DNA of 64,000 nucleotides from a virus: IMG/VR virus record IMGVR_UViG_3300003323_000465, positions 6,025 to 70,024 of that record; one strand, 5' to 3'. Shown piece by piece: positions 1 to 10,319 of this stretch (position 1 is its first letter; each line of letters starts with the position of its first letter). The notes under the pieces were generated by a model. It saw only the letters and a program-made list of their open reading frames with translations, ran no database searches and was not told where the DNA came from. The position numbers and the translations under genes were made by a program.

Positions 1-1893
1 GCTACTAATTATCAGGTACAGTTAGCTTCTTTAAGTATTACTATTCGGAATCAACCTCCTTTATGGGCTAGTAAATTTAGGATAGTAAGAAGCCAGTGCC
101 TTACCTATGACAGGTTTTCTCAATACATTGGCCGAACCGACTATACAGATAATGAGTATTTTTATATTTCACTGGATAATATAAACAAATCAATTACATC
201 AAATGGACAGAATGCTATAACATATGACTTTATTCCAGGTGATAGGATAAAATTTGTACGTAGAATGGGCAATGCTCCTCTCCCCGGGTTTCCAGTATAC
301 CCAAATGTAGATGCAGAAATAATAGCCAAAGTTTTAAAACCTAATATAGGCGGCACTGATAGGGATGGTGTTTTTTTAAAGATAAAAATAAACGCAGCCA
401 TAATTGCAGCTCAAATAGTAGGTAATACGGATTATTTAATGGAATTTTATACCCCGGCTACTATTTCTAATAAAATACTATTTTACGAATTCGCTGCCAC
501 ATGGGACGTATTGAACCCCCATACCGCCAATCGCGCTCACGCCGGTCTTACTAACCAAGATATTCCAACCAATACACCTTGTAATATTGTGTATGGGCCT
601 GCTTATGGGGATGTGTATGTGAAAAGATATACTAAGCAGACAACTGTGTCTAGCGGAGGCGCTGTTAATGATTATTTAAATGCGCCTGTTCAAGACATGA
701 ATTATAATGAGGCTTATGCAAGTGCTGTAAATGGTAATGGCCGTGGATTAACCGAAGATCCAACTTCTGGTCGTAGATTCTATCCTAATCTTGTTAGATT
801 TGGTGGTCAATATATTCAAGGAACTAATATCAATCAAACCAATATATTCTATCCTGAAAACTTTGATGAGTATGATAGGAAATATGGAGAGATTAAAAGA
901 TTGAAAACCCGTGATAGGGAAGTGAGGGTTTATCAGGAATTAAAGGTTGGGAGGGTGCCAGTTTACCAACAGGTTATAAAAGATGCTACTGGCTCTGATG
1001 TATTGGCTCAATCGGACAAGTTAATAAACAACATTCAATATTTCTCTGGGGAATATGGTATTGGTAATGCTCCAGAATCATTGGCTTCTAATAATTTCGC
1101 AGATTATTTCTGTGATACCAATAGGGGGGTTGTGTGTCGTATTTCGCAAAATGGGCTTACCGCTATAAGCATTACAGAATTCAATAATAAATTCTATACC
1201 ACTTATCTTCCCCGATACAATAAAACAAACGATCCAGGCTTTCTTCCTTCTCCCCTGCGACCAGATATTCAAGGATATGCTCCCATATTAGGAGTGTTTG
1301 ACGCCCAGCATAATGAATATATAATTGCAATGAGTGAAGTAGCAAGGTATTCAACAGACGGGATAGGGATAACAAGAGAGGTTATTACCCCGGCTGTAAC
1401 TCGTAGTTTTGACGAAAAAAAGAATAGGTTTATATCTCCAGTTAGCTACGAACCTGAATATATGACTAATATAGGGATTAAATTAATAACCTTTAAAAAC
1501 GGGCTGGCTTACACTCATGATAGTGATACATATTGCAATTTCTATGGGGTTCAATATGACGCCTATATTACAACTGTATTTAATAAGCAGCCAAACATTA
1601 AAAAGACCTTCTTGTCTTTAGACGAATATTCTGATGATACGTGGGTTTGTGATAGCATATCCACTTCTGAACATCAAACATCCAACCTTGTATTCTCTGA
1701 TTTCTCCACTTTTGAAGGTCATAAATATGCTTCTTTCTTAGGGGATATTGATAGTCCGGGTGGAATACTCAATGGAGATTCATTAAAGGGCGGATGGATA
1801 AAAATACAGTTTATAAGAAAGTTAGCGTCAAGCCTAACTAAGCTAGTAACTGTTGCAGTGAAGTCTATAACATCAAATGAGAATTTACGTTAA
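1..1893 (+). CDS. Tail stabilisation/nozzle protein (P22 gp10-like, crAss-like), 5' truncated by the window
   Basis: Frame 1 is open from base 1 (…NQPPLWASKFRIVR…) into the 542-aa ORF. Motifs YGEIKRL, GEYGIG.PES, YFCD..RG.V.R and FYGVQY fit crAss-like stabilisation proteins. Confidence 0.72.
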   Translation, partial: ATNYQVQLASLSITIRNQPPLWASKFRIVRSQCLTYDRFSQYIGRTDYTDNEYFYISLDNINKSITSNGQNAITYDFIPGDRIKFVRRMGNAPLPGFPVYPNVDAEIIAKVLKPNIGGTDRDGVFLKIKINAAIIAAQIVGNTDYLMEFYTPATISNKILFYEFAATWDVLNPHTANRAHAGLTNQDIPTNTPCNIVYGPAYGDVYVKRYTKQTTVSSGGAVNDYLNAPVQDMNYNEAYASAVNGNGRGLTEDPTSGRRFYPNLVRFGGQYIQGTNINQTNIFYPENFDEYDRKYGEIKRLKTRDREVRVYQELKVGRVPVYQQVIKDATGSDVLAQSDKLINNIQYFSGEYGIGNAPESLASNNFADYFCDTNRGVVCRISQNGLTAISITEFNNKFYTTYLPRYNKTNDPGFLPSPLRPDIQGYAPILGVFDAQHNEYIIAMSEVARYSTDGIGITREVITPAVTRSFDEKKNRFISPVSYEPEYMTNIGIKLITFKNGLAYTHDSDTYCNFYGVQYDAYITTVFNKQPNIKKTFLSLDEYSDDTWVCDSISTSEHQTSNLVFSDFSTFEGHKYASFLGDIDSPGGILNGDSLKGGWIKIQFIRKLASSLTKLVTVAVKSITSNENLR

Positions 1894-1898
1894 TTTGT

Positions 1899-1906
1899 TA
1901 TATTTG
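1899..1906 (+). promoter_or_regulatory. Bacteroidota -7 promoter box TATATTTG (late class)
   Basis: Exact TAnnTTTG consensus in an intergenic gap. The same box recurs before other structural genes. Confidence 0.7.
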
Positions 1907-1911
1907 TATAT

Positions 1912-2616
1912 ATGTTGTATATTCTATTATTTATAGTCATATCTATTAGCCTTGATAAATGGCAAAGAGATAATAAAGGAGCTTTAGGATTTTGGTTTCT
2001 CATCCCTGCTGCTATAGCTGCTGTATCTGGGATATATCAAGCTATTAAAGGATCTAAACAACGAAGGGAAGCTAATGCTGCAAAAGATGCTGTTATTAAG
2101 CAGCAGGAACAAGTAGCTAATCAGGCTTTTCAACGCGCACAAACGGGCCTTCCTGCTGAACAATATCAACAAGCATTAAGAGATATTCAGCGCAATCAGG
2201 CATATGCTATTTCTCAATTACAGGACAGGAGGTTGGGAGTTGCGGGAATTGGAGCAGTACAACAAAGAACTAATGATGCCCAATTGAATTTGGATGCACA
2301 GAATGCCGAGGCTAGATTAAGAAATCAGGCCATTGCGGATCAGCAGCAGGCTAAATTACTTTCACTTAAATATGGTACTGCACAAGATAATGCGGATTAT
2401 GGTGCGTCATTGCAGGCTGCTGGTATACAGAATATTGGGAATGCTGTTAGCTCTGCATCTCAATTAGGCGCTGCAGGAGCATTTAGTAATCAGACTCAGG
2501 GTTACGATAATATAAATGGGATAGCCACTTCTCAGGCATCATATCCTAATAGGTATGATACTTCTTTAACTAAGCCTATCCCTAGAATTTCATATAGATA
2601 TAATCAGATCAAATAA
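1912..2616 (+). CDS. Putative ejection/DNA pilot protein
   Basis: 234 aa. Hydrophobic Gly/Ala N-terminus and Gln/Ala-rich coiled coil, located after the tail nozzle gene. Confidence 0.55.
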   Translation: MLYILLFIVISISLDKWQRDNKGALGFWFLIPAAIAAVSGIYQAIKGSKQRREANAAKDAVIKQQEQVANQAFQRAQTGLPAEQYQQALRDIQRNQAYAISQLQDRRLGVAGIGAVQQRTNDAQLNLDAQNAEARLRNQAIADQQQAKLLSLKYGTAQDNADYGASLQAAGIQNIGNAVSSASQLGAAGAFSNQTQGYDNINGIATSQASYPNRYDTSLTKPIPRISYRYNQIK

Positions 2617-2617
2617 T

Positions 2618-4057
2618 ATGCCTAGAACATATCAAAATTATGGAGAAGCAGTAGTATTCAATACGCCCTCCGCTACAAATATGTTCCTGCAACAAATAGA
2701 GCGGAATAAGCAGAATGAATTAATGCTAAATAGGCAGATTGAACAAAGCATGGCTACTTATGATCCTGATAAGATTCGTAGTGAGGATCTAAAAGGGTTT
2801 TATGATCGTTATAGTAAGGCTAAGAGCCTTTCTATGAAGTATAAAGATGCTTTGCGTAATCCCGCTCGGAATCCTGATAAGATTAATGAAATAGATGCTG
2901 CAAGAAATGACCTTGCGGCTTATATGATTAAATCTAAGAATCGGAAGGATTTTCAAAAACAGGTAGATGATTTTTATATCAAAAATCCTGACAAAGTAGA
3001 TTTGGAGGATTTCACTACAAAGAGAGGATTAATAGCAGCTCCTTTAGATTCTCCTGAAGCCCAGAAGGCGGATATGTTAAGTATAATGGATTTTCAGGTA
3101 GATGGTAATAAATTTGACCCTCAAAAATTCTATGCCCCTATCTATAAGGAAAATCCAATGTCTATTCAGGCTACACAACAGATAGGGCCTGGTGGTGAAA
3201 TATTAACTAGCAAGAAGCGCATCAGGGATATTAATGGAACCATGAATAGTATATCATTAGGATATGATGCTAGTCGTGCGACTCAAAAAGGATTTGAGAA
3301 GATATTTAATGAAACTACTCCTGATGAAAAAGCAGCATTAGCTCGTACAATGCAGCCTATTATCCCCGGATTTGAGATAAATAATCCTAAGGATTTAGCA
3401 ATAGCATTGGGGATGGCAGGCAAGATGCAGATAGATATGGGGCAAGTTCAGAGCGGTTATACTATGGCAGCTCAGGAAGCAAAATCAAGACGATTACAAG
3501 ATCGTAGTGCGGCTATATCTAATAGCCAATGGGCGCAAAGGCACGCTATTACCCAATCCGAAAAATCTTCTAAGAAAGAAGGGGATTGGATTCCTAAAAT
3601 GACTGCAGCTTTAAAAACAGGTGATTCTAATATTGTACAGAATTATATTGGTGAGTTAAGCGCTTCTGAACCTACATCTGATTATGGATATATGAATATG
3701 GATATTTATAGGCAAGATCCAAAAAGGAATAGAGAACTTATAGAAGAGATTGTTTCCAATAGGGCTAGTAATAGAGATATACCTACTGCTGATGATGTGA
3801 AAAAAGGTATTATTTATGCTAAATATCCTACTAAACAAAAAGATGCTAATGGCAATATCATATATAAATATATTATAGCATCAGGTGCAAGAAAAGATAC
3901 AAAGGCTTCTTTGAATAGAATACTGAATGCCACTAGAGGTACTAAAAAGTATGAGGGATCTACAGGGTATGCTCCCATTTACGAAGAGGGCAGTCTGAAT
4001 GATGTAGATAATGAAGAAATGGATAATCAAGACATGGAAACATACGAAGAGGAATAA
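2618..4057 (+). CDS. Putative internal virion/ejection protein
   Basis: 479-aa helical protein between the pilot-like gene and the giant gene. Confidence 0.5.
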   Translation: MPRTYQNYGEAVVFNTPSATNMFLQQIERNKQNELMLNRQIEQSMATYDPDKIRSEDLKGFYDRYSKAKSLSMKYKDALRNPARNPDKINEIDAARNDLAAYMIKSKNRKDFQKQVDDFYIKNPDKVDLEDFTTKRGLIAAPLDSPEAQKADMLSIMDFQVDGNKFDPQKFYAPIYKENPMSIQATQQIGPGGEILTSKKRIRDINGTMNSISLGYDASRATQKGFEKIFNETTPDEKAALARTMQPIIPGFEINNPKDLAIALGMAGKMQIDMGQVQSGYTMAAQEAKSRRLQDRSAAISNSQWAQRHAITQSEKSSKKEGDWIPKMTAALKTGDSNIVQNYIGELSASEPTSDYGYMNMDIYRQDPKRNRELIEEIVSNRASNRDIPTADDVKKGIIYAKYPTKQKDANGNIIYKYIIASGARKDTKASLNRILNATRGTKKYEGSTGYAPIYEEGSLNDVDNEEMDNQDMETYEEE

Positions 4058-4063
4058 AATGGT

Positions 4064-4071
4064 TATATTTG
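4064..4071 (+). promoter_or_regulatory. -7 promoter box TATATTTG
   Basis: Consensus box in the intergenic gap before the 2064-aa gene. Confidence 0.7.
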
Positions 4072-4093
4072 TATATATTTTTATATATACATT

Positions 4094-7000
4094 ATGCCTG
4101 ATCCTAAGATAAAAGCGAAAGCGTTATATAAACAGATGGTGGGAGCTTATGGGCCGCAGGGGAGTATTTCTCCTGGGGCTTTTCAGTTAGATGAAGCCTC
4201 ATTTACTGATAAAATATATAATAACCCAAAGTATGCGGAGAAGATATATGGGGCCATGAATGCCGCTTATGGGGATGATGGATTTAAGTATGATAAGAAA
4301 TCGTTTATTAGAGATCTGGGGTATGATGATCAATCTCAGTCTACTGCCGGACCAGGTAAGCCTACCAAAAAACAATCTCCATTAGATGCTGTTATAGCAT
4401 CAGGTCAAACGCTGCAAGCTCCTGAGCCTAAAACCCCAGGCCCCATGGATAGCGTAGAGGGGTTATTGAATACAATGGCTCCTGCTGAGGCGGAAAGACA
4501 GAAAAAAGAACAAGAATCATTAGCCTTTGGGGAACAGGCATTATTGAATCCAAAGAGTCCTGTTGCTCCTATTTCGATGCAGCCATTAACTCCTGATCGG
4601 CAAAAAAACTTAATTGCTTCTCAAATAGGCGACCCACAATTAAAGTATAAAGACAATCTGAAAAATGCCCTCCATCAAATAGAGGAAGATGAGAAAAGAT
4701 ATTTAAAGACACAGGCTGAAGCAGATGCCTATTATGAGACCCCCCAGGGTAAGCTGTATTATCAGTTGGTAAGACCTGTTATGAAAACATTAACAGAAAC
4801 TGGAGGTGGTATAGCAGGATTTGCTACCAGAACAGCTGCTAATGCTTTGGAAGGCATTGGTGCTGAAGAAGCCTCTAAATCTGTAAACAAAATTGCTGAT
4901 AATATAGTTGATTATCTGTCTTATGATAATGCTGCAAAAAATGATCGCCCAGATGCTGCTCAATTCGCAGAGCCAACTAAGCTGAAAGGTAATTTAAATA
5001 TCCACAATGTAATTCCTCGTACTGCTGAAACTTTAACAGGAATCGGCACATTATTGGGTGGGGGAGAGGCATTAGGTGGCGGTAATTTAGGGCTAATGGC
5101 CTCTTCTTATATCCAAACAAATGAGGCGTATAGGAAGGCTGCTAAACAAGCAGGGTTGACCGATGGAGAGGCAGATGCCTATGCTGCTACAAGTGCGGGT
5201 CTTACTTCTATGCTTATGTTGGGCAATCCATTTAAGGGTGCGCTTACAGGTAAATTAGGTGAGTCTTTGGCTAAAACTGGTCAGAACAGCGTTTTAGGTG
5301 CTATAAAAGATGGGGTTAGTGTTAATGCTGCGGTAAAAGAGGGATTTAAGAAATATCTGAATGGATTGGGGCATGCAGAAGCGTTTGTAATAGCCCAACA
5401 TCTATCAGATGCTAGTGTGAAGTACGGATTTGATAAAATGGTACTGGATACTCCTAAATTCGGCCAAACTTCTCCGCTGCCAGATATGCACGAATTGGCG
5501 CAATCAATGGCGTTAATGGGCATTGCGACAGGTGTAATGGTGTCGCCGGGTATTGTTAAATCTTCTAAACCATCCTCTATAGAACGCAGCTCATGGGCTA
5601 CAGCTGCTAAAGATCCAGAATTATTTAATCGGACAGTAGATAAGGGTGTAGAACAAGGAAATGTAACCCCACAACAGGCTGAAGTAATTAAGCAGAATGT
5701 TGGTGAATATAAGGAGATATATGATGCAACTAAACAGCATGGATTAGATGATAATACTGCTGCCAGAGTTGCTCTTGATGCTTATAGGGCTAAGAAAATG
5801 GATGAGGCGAATAAGCCTATATCTGGGATATCTGTTTTGGAGCCATTAAAAGAACAGCATGAAGCCCAAAAGACGGCTATTGAAAGTGATATAAAAGATG
5901 CAATGAAGGGAATCCCTGAGAAAGGGACCGAAATATCCAGTGTGGAATTAGCCGAAAGAATGAAGGAAACAGGTGCTGCTAATAAAGTGGATCAATTGGT
6001 GGATAGAAATTATCGTGTCAATGATGTAAGGCTAAAAGATTTGTACGAAAAGAATGCTGAGTTTAAGAAATATGTTGATGAAGAGAAACTAAAGCCCTCT
6101 GAGGATGAAGATGGGTTAAGGAATCCTGTTATTATAAATGCTGATGGAAAGATAGTAGATGGTTTTAACCGTCTTGCCCAACAGTATGTAGATGGAGAAA
6201 AAGTAGCCCGGGCTTATATAGAAACTAAAGATATTAATGTACAAGAACCAGGAGAAATTAATAAACCTCGTATTGTAGATACTGAAACTGCAAGTAAAGG
6301 AGTTACAGTTGAAAGACCTGTTAATAAAGAAAATATTCCCTTAACTGAAAAATTAGAATCCAATGCCATTCAAGAGCCGAGCGCAAGAAAAATGGATGTT
6401 CGCCAACAAGCCGGAAATGGCGAAAGAGTGGGCATCGAAAACCCCAAATCAGAAGTCACTTCCCCAGAAAGTATCAAAGAAGAAATCGCCCCGCAAAAAG
6501 CGGTAAATGTTCCTGAGCCAAAATTAGAATCTCCTGAAGGGCCTCGTTTAGATATTACCCCAGAATCAAAAGAAATGGGAATAAAAGAGGCACCTGATGC
6601 CAAACGTAATGCTGCTATTGATAGGCTTAAAAAGGCTTATAGTGAATTTCAGCACCAGGGGATTATATCTGATGTAGAAAAGAACTTTAAACGAGATAAA
6701 GAGTTTTATTCTGCATTGGCCAATTATGTGAAGGAAGAAATAATGTATAGGATCAATCAGATAAAGGGCTTTGCTGATAAGACCAAATCTGAGATGAAGC
6801 GGGCTATTACTAAAAGCCTGAGAGATGAAGGCATGAGCGTAAGTGATCAGGCAATGATAAATGATGCTTTTGAACAGGCATATGCCGAAGCTGCTAAGAT
6901 CCCTGGGCTGATTAAAGGTGAACCTGCAGATAAAGTATCCTATAAGAAATATATAAAAGATCGTATTCTTCTTAGGGAGAAGGCCACAATAGAAGGTATT

Positions 7001-10000
7001 AAACAAGGTAAAGGAGATATACGGCTTCAGGTAAGAGAGGCTAAAAAGGCTGTATTTGATGTATTTAAAGGACAGAAGATAAAGCCTAAGCTATCCCAAT
7101 TAAAGCAAATAGTAAGTGCTTTTGACAAAGTGGCAAGGGTTAAAAATAAAGAAAAGGCTGTAGATTATGCTACAGATGTTGCAACTCAGATTGTGTGGGA
7201 GGCTAAGAATAGAGAAATTATATCTTCTACTAAGAAGCTCATTAAAAAAGTTCAGGCATTAAAGAAAAACAAAGGGATGGTGAAGCAGGATGTAGATTGG
7301 ATTTCCAATACACAATTCCCTGACCCATCCCGGGTAGATGATATACCTCTTTACAGGGATATGTTAAATGAATATAATAAATCCCGGCGTGGCGAACAGA
7401 CGGGAATGAAGTATACAAAAGATGAAATAGCTGAATTTTTCGATCAAGAAAATGCTCGTATCCATTCAGATAAAATGAAGAGGCTACAGGGAGAACTAGA
7501 TGAATTAAAAGCTGATGGGGAGATTCCAGATGATGTGACTTTGGATGAGTATATTGCTATGTTGGATAATAGAGTGCCAGATAAGTTGAAGGAGTTCAAA
7601 AGCATGAAGGATGAAGTGTTAAGAAAGGATTTAGCTGAAGGATTAGAAGCAATAAAAGATAGAATACCTGAATTTGAGGGTTATGAAAAAGATATTATAG
7701 AAAGATTGGTAGAAGTAGATCCAAAAGAATTATCTTCTATTGAATTAAGAGTTTTAAATAATATACTCAATAATATAGCAGAATATGGCACATTAGATAG
7801 GGCAGGAGAGATAATTACTGCTTTTGAAGCTAATAAAGTTGTTAAAGATATTATTGCGATTAATCCCAAACTACGAATATTACCAGCCAATCCAATACTT
7901 AATAAAAGCACATTAAGCAATACCACCTCATCCTTATTCTATAATAATAATGTAATAGCTGAATTTAGGAGCAAAACATTTGGGCCTGTAGAGCAGGCCA
8001 TAAGCAAAGACGTTAAAATTCCAGCAAATAAATATGCGGAAGATTTTACTAAAATGTATAAAAAACATAATTTAACCGCTATATCTAATAAAAAATTATT
8101 TCAATTCTCTTTCTTAAATCAATGGAGGGGAATGCATGAAGGTATGATTGCAGATGAATTTAAAAAAAGTGTTGATAAATTGGTTAGTGATGTTAAATAT
8201 CATTTTGAAAGAGCGCAAAGTTTAAATAAAGGAGAAAATAAAATATCCCAAAAGGGAGTAGAAGATCAGTTGAAGGCATTAAAAGAGCTTGGATTGATTG
8301 ACTATGATATAGTAGGCAAAAAATTGAACGTAGATATTAAAAATGAAATATTTGATAATGGTGATCCTATAGGTGTTATAAATGAGATATATAACAAATT
8401 ATCTGCTGGTGAAAAGGAGGTATATGAATATGCTGTTAATAAATTTGAAGAAACAGTGGATGGAGTAGAGAATTATGCTCGTATACATGAAGGCAAGGGA
8501 TTTGAGCGAATCCCAGGTGGGAAGTATTTTCCTAGAATACCAGTACATAAAGAAAAGCCTATAGACTCCAACAAAGAAGATTTAGATTTAAATAATGCGT
8601 TTTCATCGAATATGAAGTCATTAAATAAAAGACCCCCTAGACTCATGGAAGAAAGGGCTAAGGATTTTAATGATGATGTATATTATGATAGCGATTTTTA
8701 TACTAATGCAATAAATGGATACTGGAATTCACTTTATACTTCTAAAGCTATGCCTGAAGTACAAAAGTTAGATAAAATATTAAAAAATGAGGATTTCAAA
8801 AGATTTCTTAATGGAAAATTTGATGAAACATTTGCAAAAAGAGATAAGGTAAATCGTGAAGATAAAACAAGGACTCTGGGAGAATATAATTTTGATAAAT
8901 TTAAAAAACAATTAGTTACTTCTCTTAATGAAGAAAAACTATCCCCATTTTTTTCTCATAACCCGCGAGTACTAGATGAAATATTAAATAGAAGCGTAAA
9001 GGGAGTATTGGGGAATATACCACAAGCTCCAAAGCAATATATAACTGCATCTGTAAATAATCTTATAGTTAATGACGCCGGGGCGTGGTGGACCGCTGTG
9101 GGTTCTCATGGCAAAGCTATATTCGATAAGGAATATAGAGATGCCAGAAGAAAGCTATTGAATAATTTCACAGGAGTACAGAGATCTGTTAGGGGGCAAT
9201 CTATGTATGATAAGGGTTATAAAAGTATAGATGAATCTAAGTCATGGTATCAATATCCCCTTGATTGGCAGGCTAAACTCCAAGAAATAAGTTCTATCCC
9301 TTTAGAAAAAGGGGATCAAATGGCTCAAAATGAAGCATATATAGCTAGTTACATAACCTCTCTCATTAAACAGGGTAAGATTAAAAATGCAGGAGAGTTT
9401 GATATTTACAAAGAATCTCAAAGCCCAAATAAACAAGCCATATCTTATGCAGAGCAAATAGCCGGGGAAATAAATAATGAATCAGCCAAAGGCTACCGTC
9501 CAGCAATTATAAAAGATCCTGCGGGTGCTGCTAAGTATTTATGGCTACTCCAAAGTTTCAATTTAAATGCTTATAGATTTGCTAAACAAAAGGCTCAAAT
9601 AGCCTTTGGTATAAATAATGGCGCAACAATGGCAGAGCGCCAACAGGCTCTAACGCATGTGATAGGATTTGCGGCCCAGATTGGAGCATATAATATAGTT
9701 TCATCTGGTATCAGAGCTGGATATTTAATGATTGGGTTTTCTCTATTAAAGGCATTGTTTGGAATAGAAAAAAAGGAGTTATCTGAAGAACAAAAGCATC
9801 AAAAGCATATTAAAGAAAAGATAACGACCGGAGCTAATGCTTTCTCTGATATGTTTTTTGGCGGTCAAAATGCAGTAACTAAATTAGCCATTCAAAATGG
9901 GATTAATTATCTATACAAAGCCTGGGCTCTGAATGAAAGAATGAAAAAGAAGGAAAGTGGAGAGAAATTTAATAATAAAGGCACTTATCTAAATCCTAAA

Positions 10001-10288
10001 TTCGCTCCATATTATAGTGATAATACCCTCCCTGGAGCAGCGGCCTTCATTTATAAATTATTTGAAAAAGGTGCTGATTTGGCTTTAGATACCAAAGAAG
10101 CTAAAAAGGACCCCTCAAATGAAGAACAGGCAGCTTCTATGCTATCAAAATATGTAGCGCCTCCTGTAACTGCATTGGGATTAGGTGATTTTATTCTATT
10201 TGAAAGAGCTATGGAAACGGCCTTACGCCAAAATAAAACTGCAGAAGGTGCTAAAAAACAATCTAAACCCAAAAAGACAATTCTTTAA
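4094..10288 (+). CDS. Giant internal virion/ejection protein with a ParB/Srx-like segment
   Basis: 2064 aa. Gly/Ala-rich hydrophobic stretches and the motif NPVIINADGKIVDGFNRLA. Third and largest gene of the ejection-type trio. Confidence 0.6.
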   Translation: MPDPKIKAKALYKQMVGAYGPQGSISPGAFQLDEASFTDKIYNNPKYAEKIYGAMNAAYGDDGFKYDKKSFIRDLGYDDQSQSTAGPGKPTKKQSPLDAVIASGQTLQAPEPKTPGPMDSVEGLLNTMAPAEAERQKKEQESLAFGEQALLNPKSPVAPISMQPLTPDRQKNLIASQIGDPQLKYKDNLKNALHQIEEDEKRYLKTQAEADAYYETPQGKLYYQLVRPVMKTLTETGGGIAGFATRTAANALEGIGAEEASKSVNKIADNIVDYLSYDNAAKNDRPDAAQFAEPTKLKGNLNIHNVIPRTAETLTGIGTLLGGGEALGGGNLGLMASSYIQTNEAYRKAAKQAGLTDGEADAYAATSAGLTSMLMLGNPFKGALTGKLGESLAKTGQNSVLGAIKDGVSVNAAVKEGFKKYLNGLGHAEAFVIAQHLSDASVKYGFDKMVLDTPKFGQTSPLPDMHELAQSMALMGIATGVMVSPGIVKSSKPSSIERSSWATAAKDPELFNRTVDKGVEQGNVTPQQAEVIKQNVGEYKEIYDATKQHGLDDNTAARVALDAYRAKKMDEANKPISGISVLEPLKEQHEAQKTAIESDIKDAMKGIPEKGTEISSVELAERMKETGAANKVDQLVDRNYRVNDVRLKDLYEKNAEFKKYVDEEKLKPSEDEDGLRNPVIINADGKIVDGFNRLAQQYVDGEKVARAYIETKDINVQEPGEINKPRIVDTETASKGVTVERPVNKENIPLTEKLESNAIQEPSARKMDVRQQAGNGERVGIENPKSEVTSPESIKEEIAPQKAVNVPEPKLESPEGPRLDITPESKEMGIKEAPDAKRNAAIDRLKKAYSEFQHQGIISDVEKNFKRDKEFYSALANYVKEEIMYRINQIKGFADKTKSEMKRAITKSLRDEGMSVSDQAMINDAFEQAYAEAAKIPGLIKGEPADKVSYKKYIKDRILLREKATIEGIKQGKGDIRLQVREAKKAVFDVFKGQKIKPKLSQLKQIVSAFDKVARVKNKEKAVDYATDVATQIVWEAKNREIISSTKKLIKKVQALKKNKGMVKQDVDWISNTQFPDPSRVDDIPLYRDMLNEYNKSRRGEQTGMKYTKDEIAEFFDQENARIHSDKMKRLQGELDELKADGEIPDDVTLDEYIAMLDNRVPDKLKEFKSMKDEVLRKDLAEGLEAIKDRIPEFEGYEKDIIERLVEVDPKELSSIELRVLNNILNNIAEYGTLDRAGEIITAFEANKVVKDIIAINPKLRILPANPILNKSTLSNTTSSLFYNNNVIAEFRSKTFGPVEQAISKDVKIPANKYAEDFTKMYKKHNLTAISNKKLFQFSFLNQWRGMHEGMIADEFKKSVDKLVSDVKYHFERAQSLNKGENKISQKGVEDQLKALKELGLIDYDIVGKKLNVDIKNEIFDNGDPIGVINEIYNKLSAGEKEVYEYAVNKFEETVDGVENYARIHEGKGFERIPGGKYFPRIPVHKEKPIDSNKEDLDLNNAFSSNMKSLNKRPPRLMEERAKDFNDDVYYDSDFYTNAINGYWNSLYTSKAMPEVQKLDKILKNEDFKRFLNGKFDETFAKRDKVNREDKTRTLGEYNFDKFKKQLVTSLNEEKLSPFFSHNPRVLDEILNRSVKGVLGNIPQAPKQYITASVNNLIVNDAGAWWTAVGSHGKAIFDKEYRDARRKLLNNFTGVQRSVRGQSMYDKGYKSIDESKSWYQYPLDWQAKLQEISSIPLEKGDQMAQNEAYIASYITSLIKQGKIKNAGEFDIYKESQSPNKQAISYAEQIAGEINNESAKGYRPAIIKDPAGAAKYLWLLQSFNLNAYRFAKQKAQIAFGINNGATMAERQQALTHVIGFAAQIGAYNIVSSGIRAGYLMIGFSLLKALFGIEKKELSEEQKHQKHIKEKITTGANAFSDMFFGGQNAVTKLAIQNGINYLYKAWALNERMKKKESGEKFNNKGTYLNPKFAPYYSDNTLPGAAAFIYKLFEKGADLALDTKEAKKDPSNEEQAASMLSKYVAPPVTALGLGDFILFERAMETALRQNKTAEGAKKQSKPKKTIL
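6363..6506 (+). CDS. Overprinted 47-aa basic protein (MPFKSRAQEKWMFANKPEMAKEW...) in the +1 frame of the giant gene
   Basis: ATG at 6363 and TAA at 6504-6506, translated by hand. It resembles a small phage family I recall (MPFKS.AQ..WM.AN.PEMA..W). Local CG content is raised. Confidence 0.6.
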   Translation: MPFKSRAQEKWMFANKPEMAKEWASKTPNQKSLPQKVSKKKSPRKKR

Positions 10289-10295
10289 TATTACT

Positions 10296-10303
10296 TATAT
10301 TTG
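10296..10303 (+). promoter_or_regulatory. -7 promoter box TATATTTG
   Basis: Consensus box in an intergenic gap. Confidence 0.65.
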
Positions 10304-10319
10304 CAATATATAAATTATT

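Noticed and set aside
4094-10288. crAss-type virion RNA polymerase
   Set aside because: No DxDxD/DFDID catalytic motif was found in the translation.
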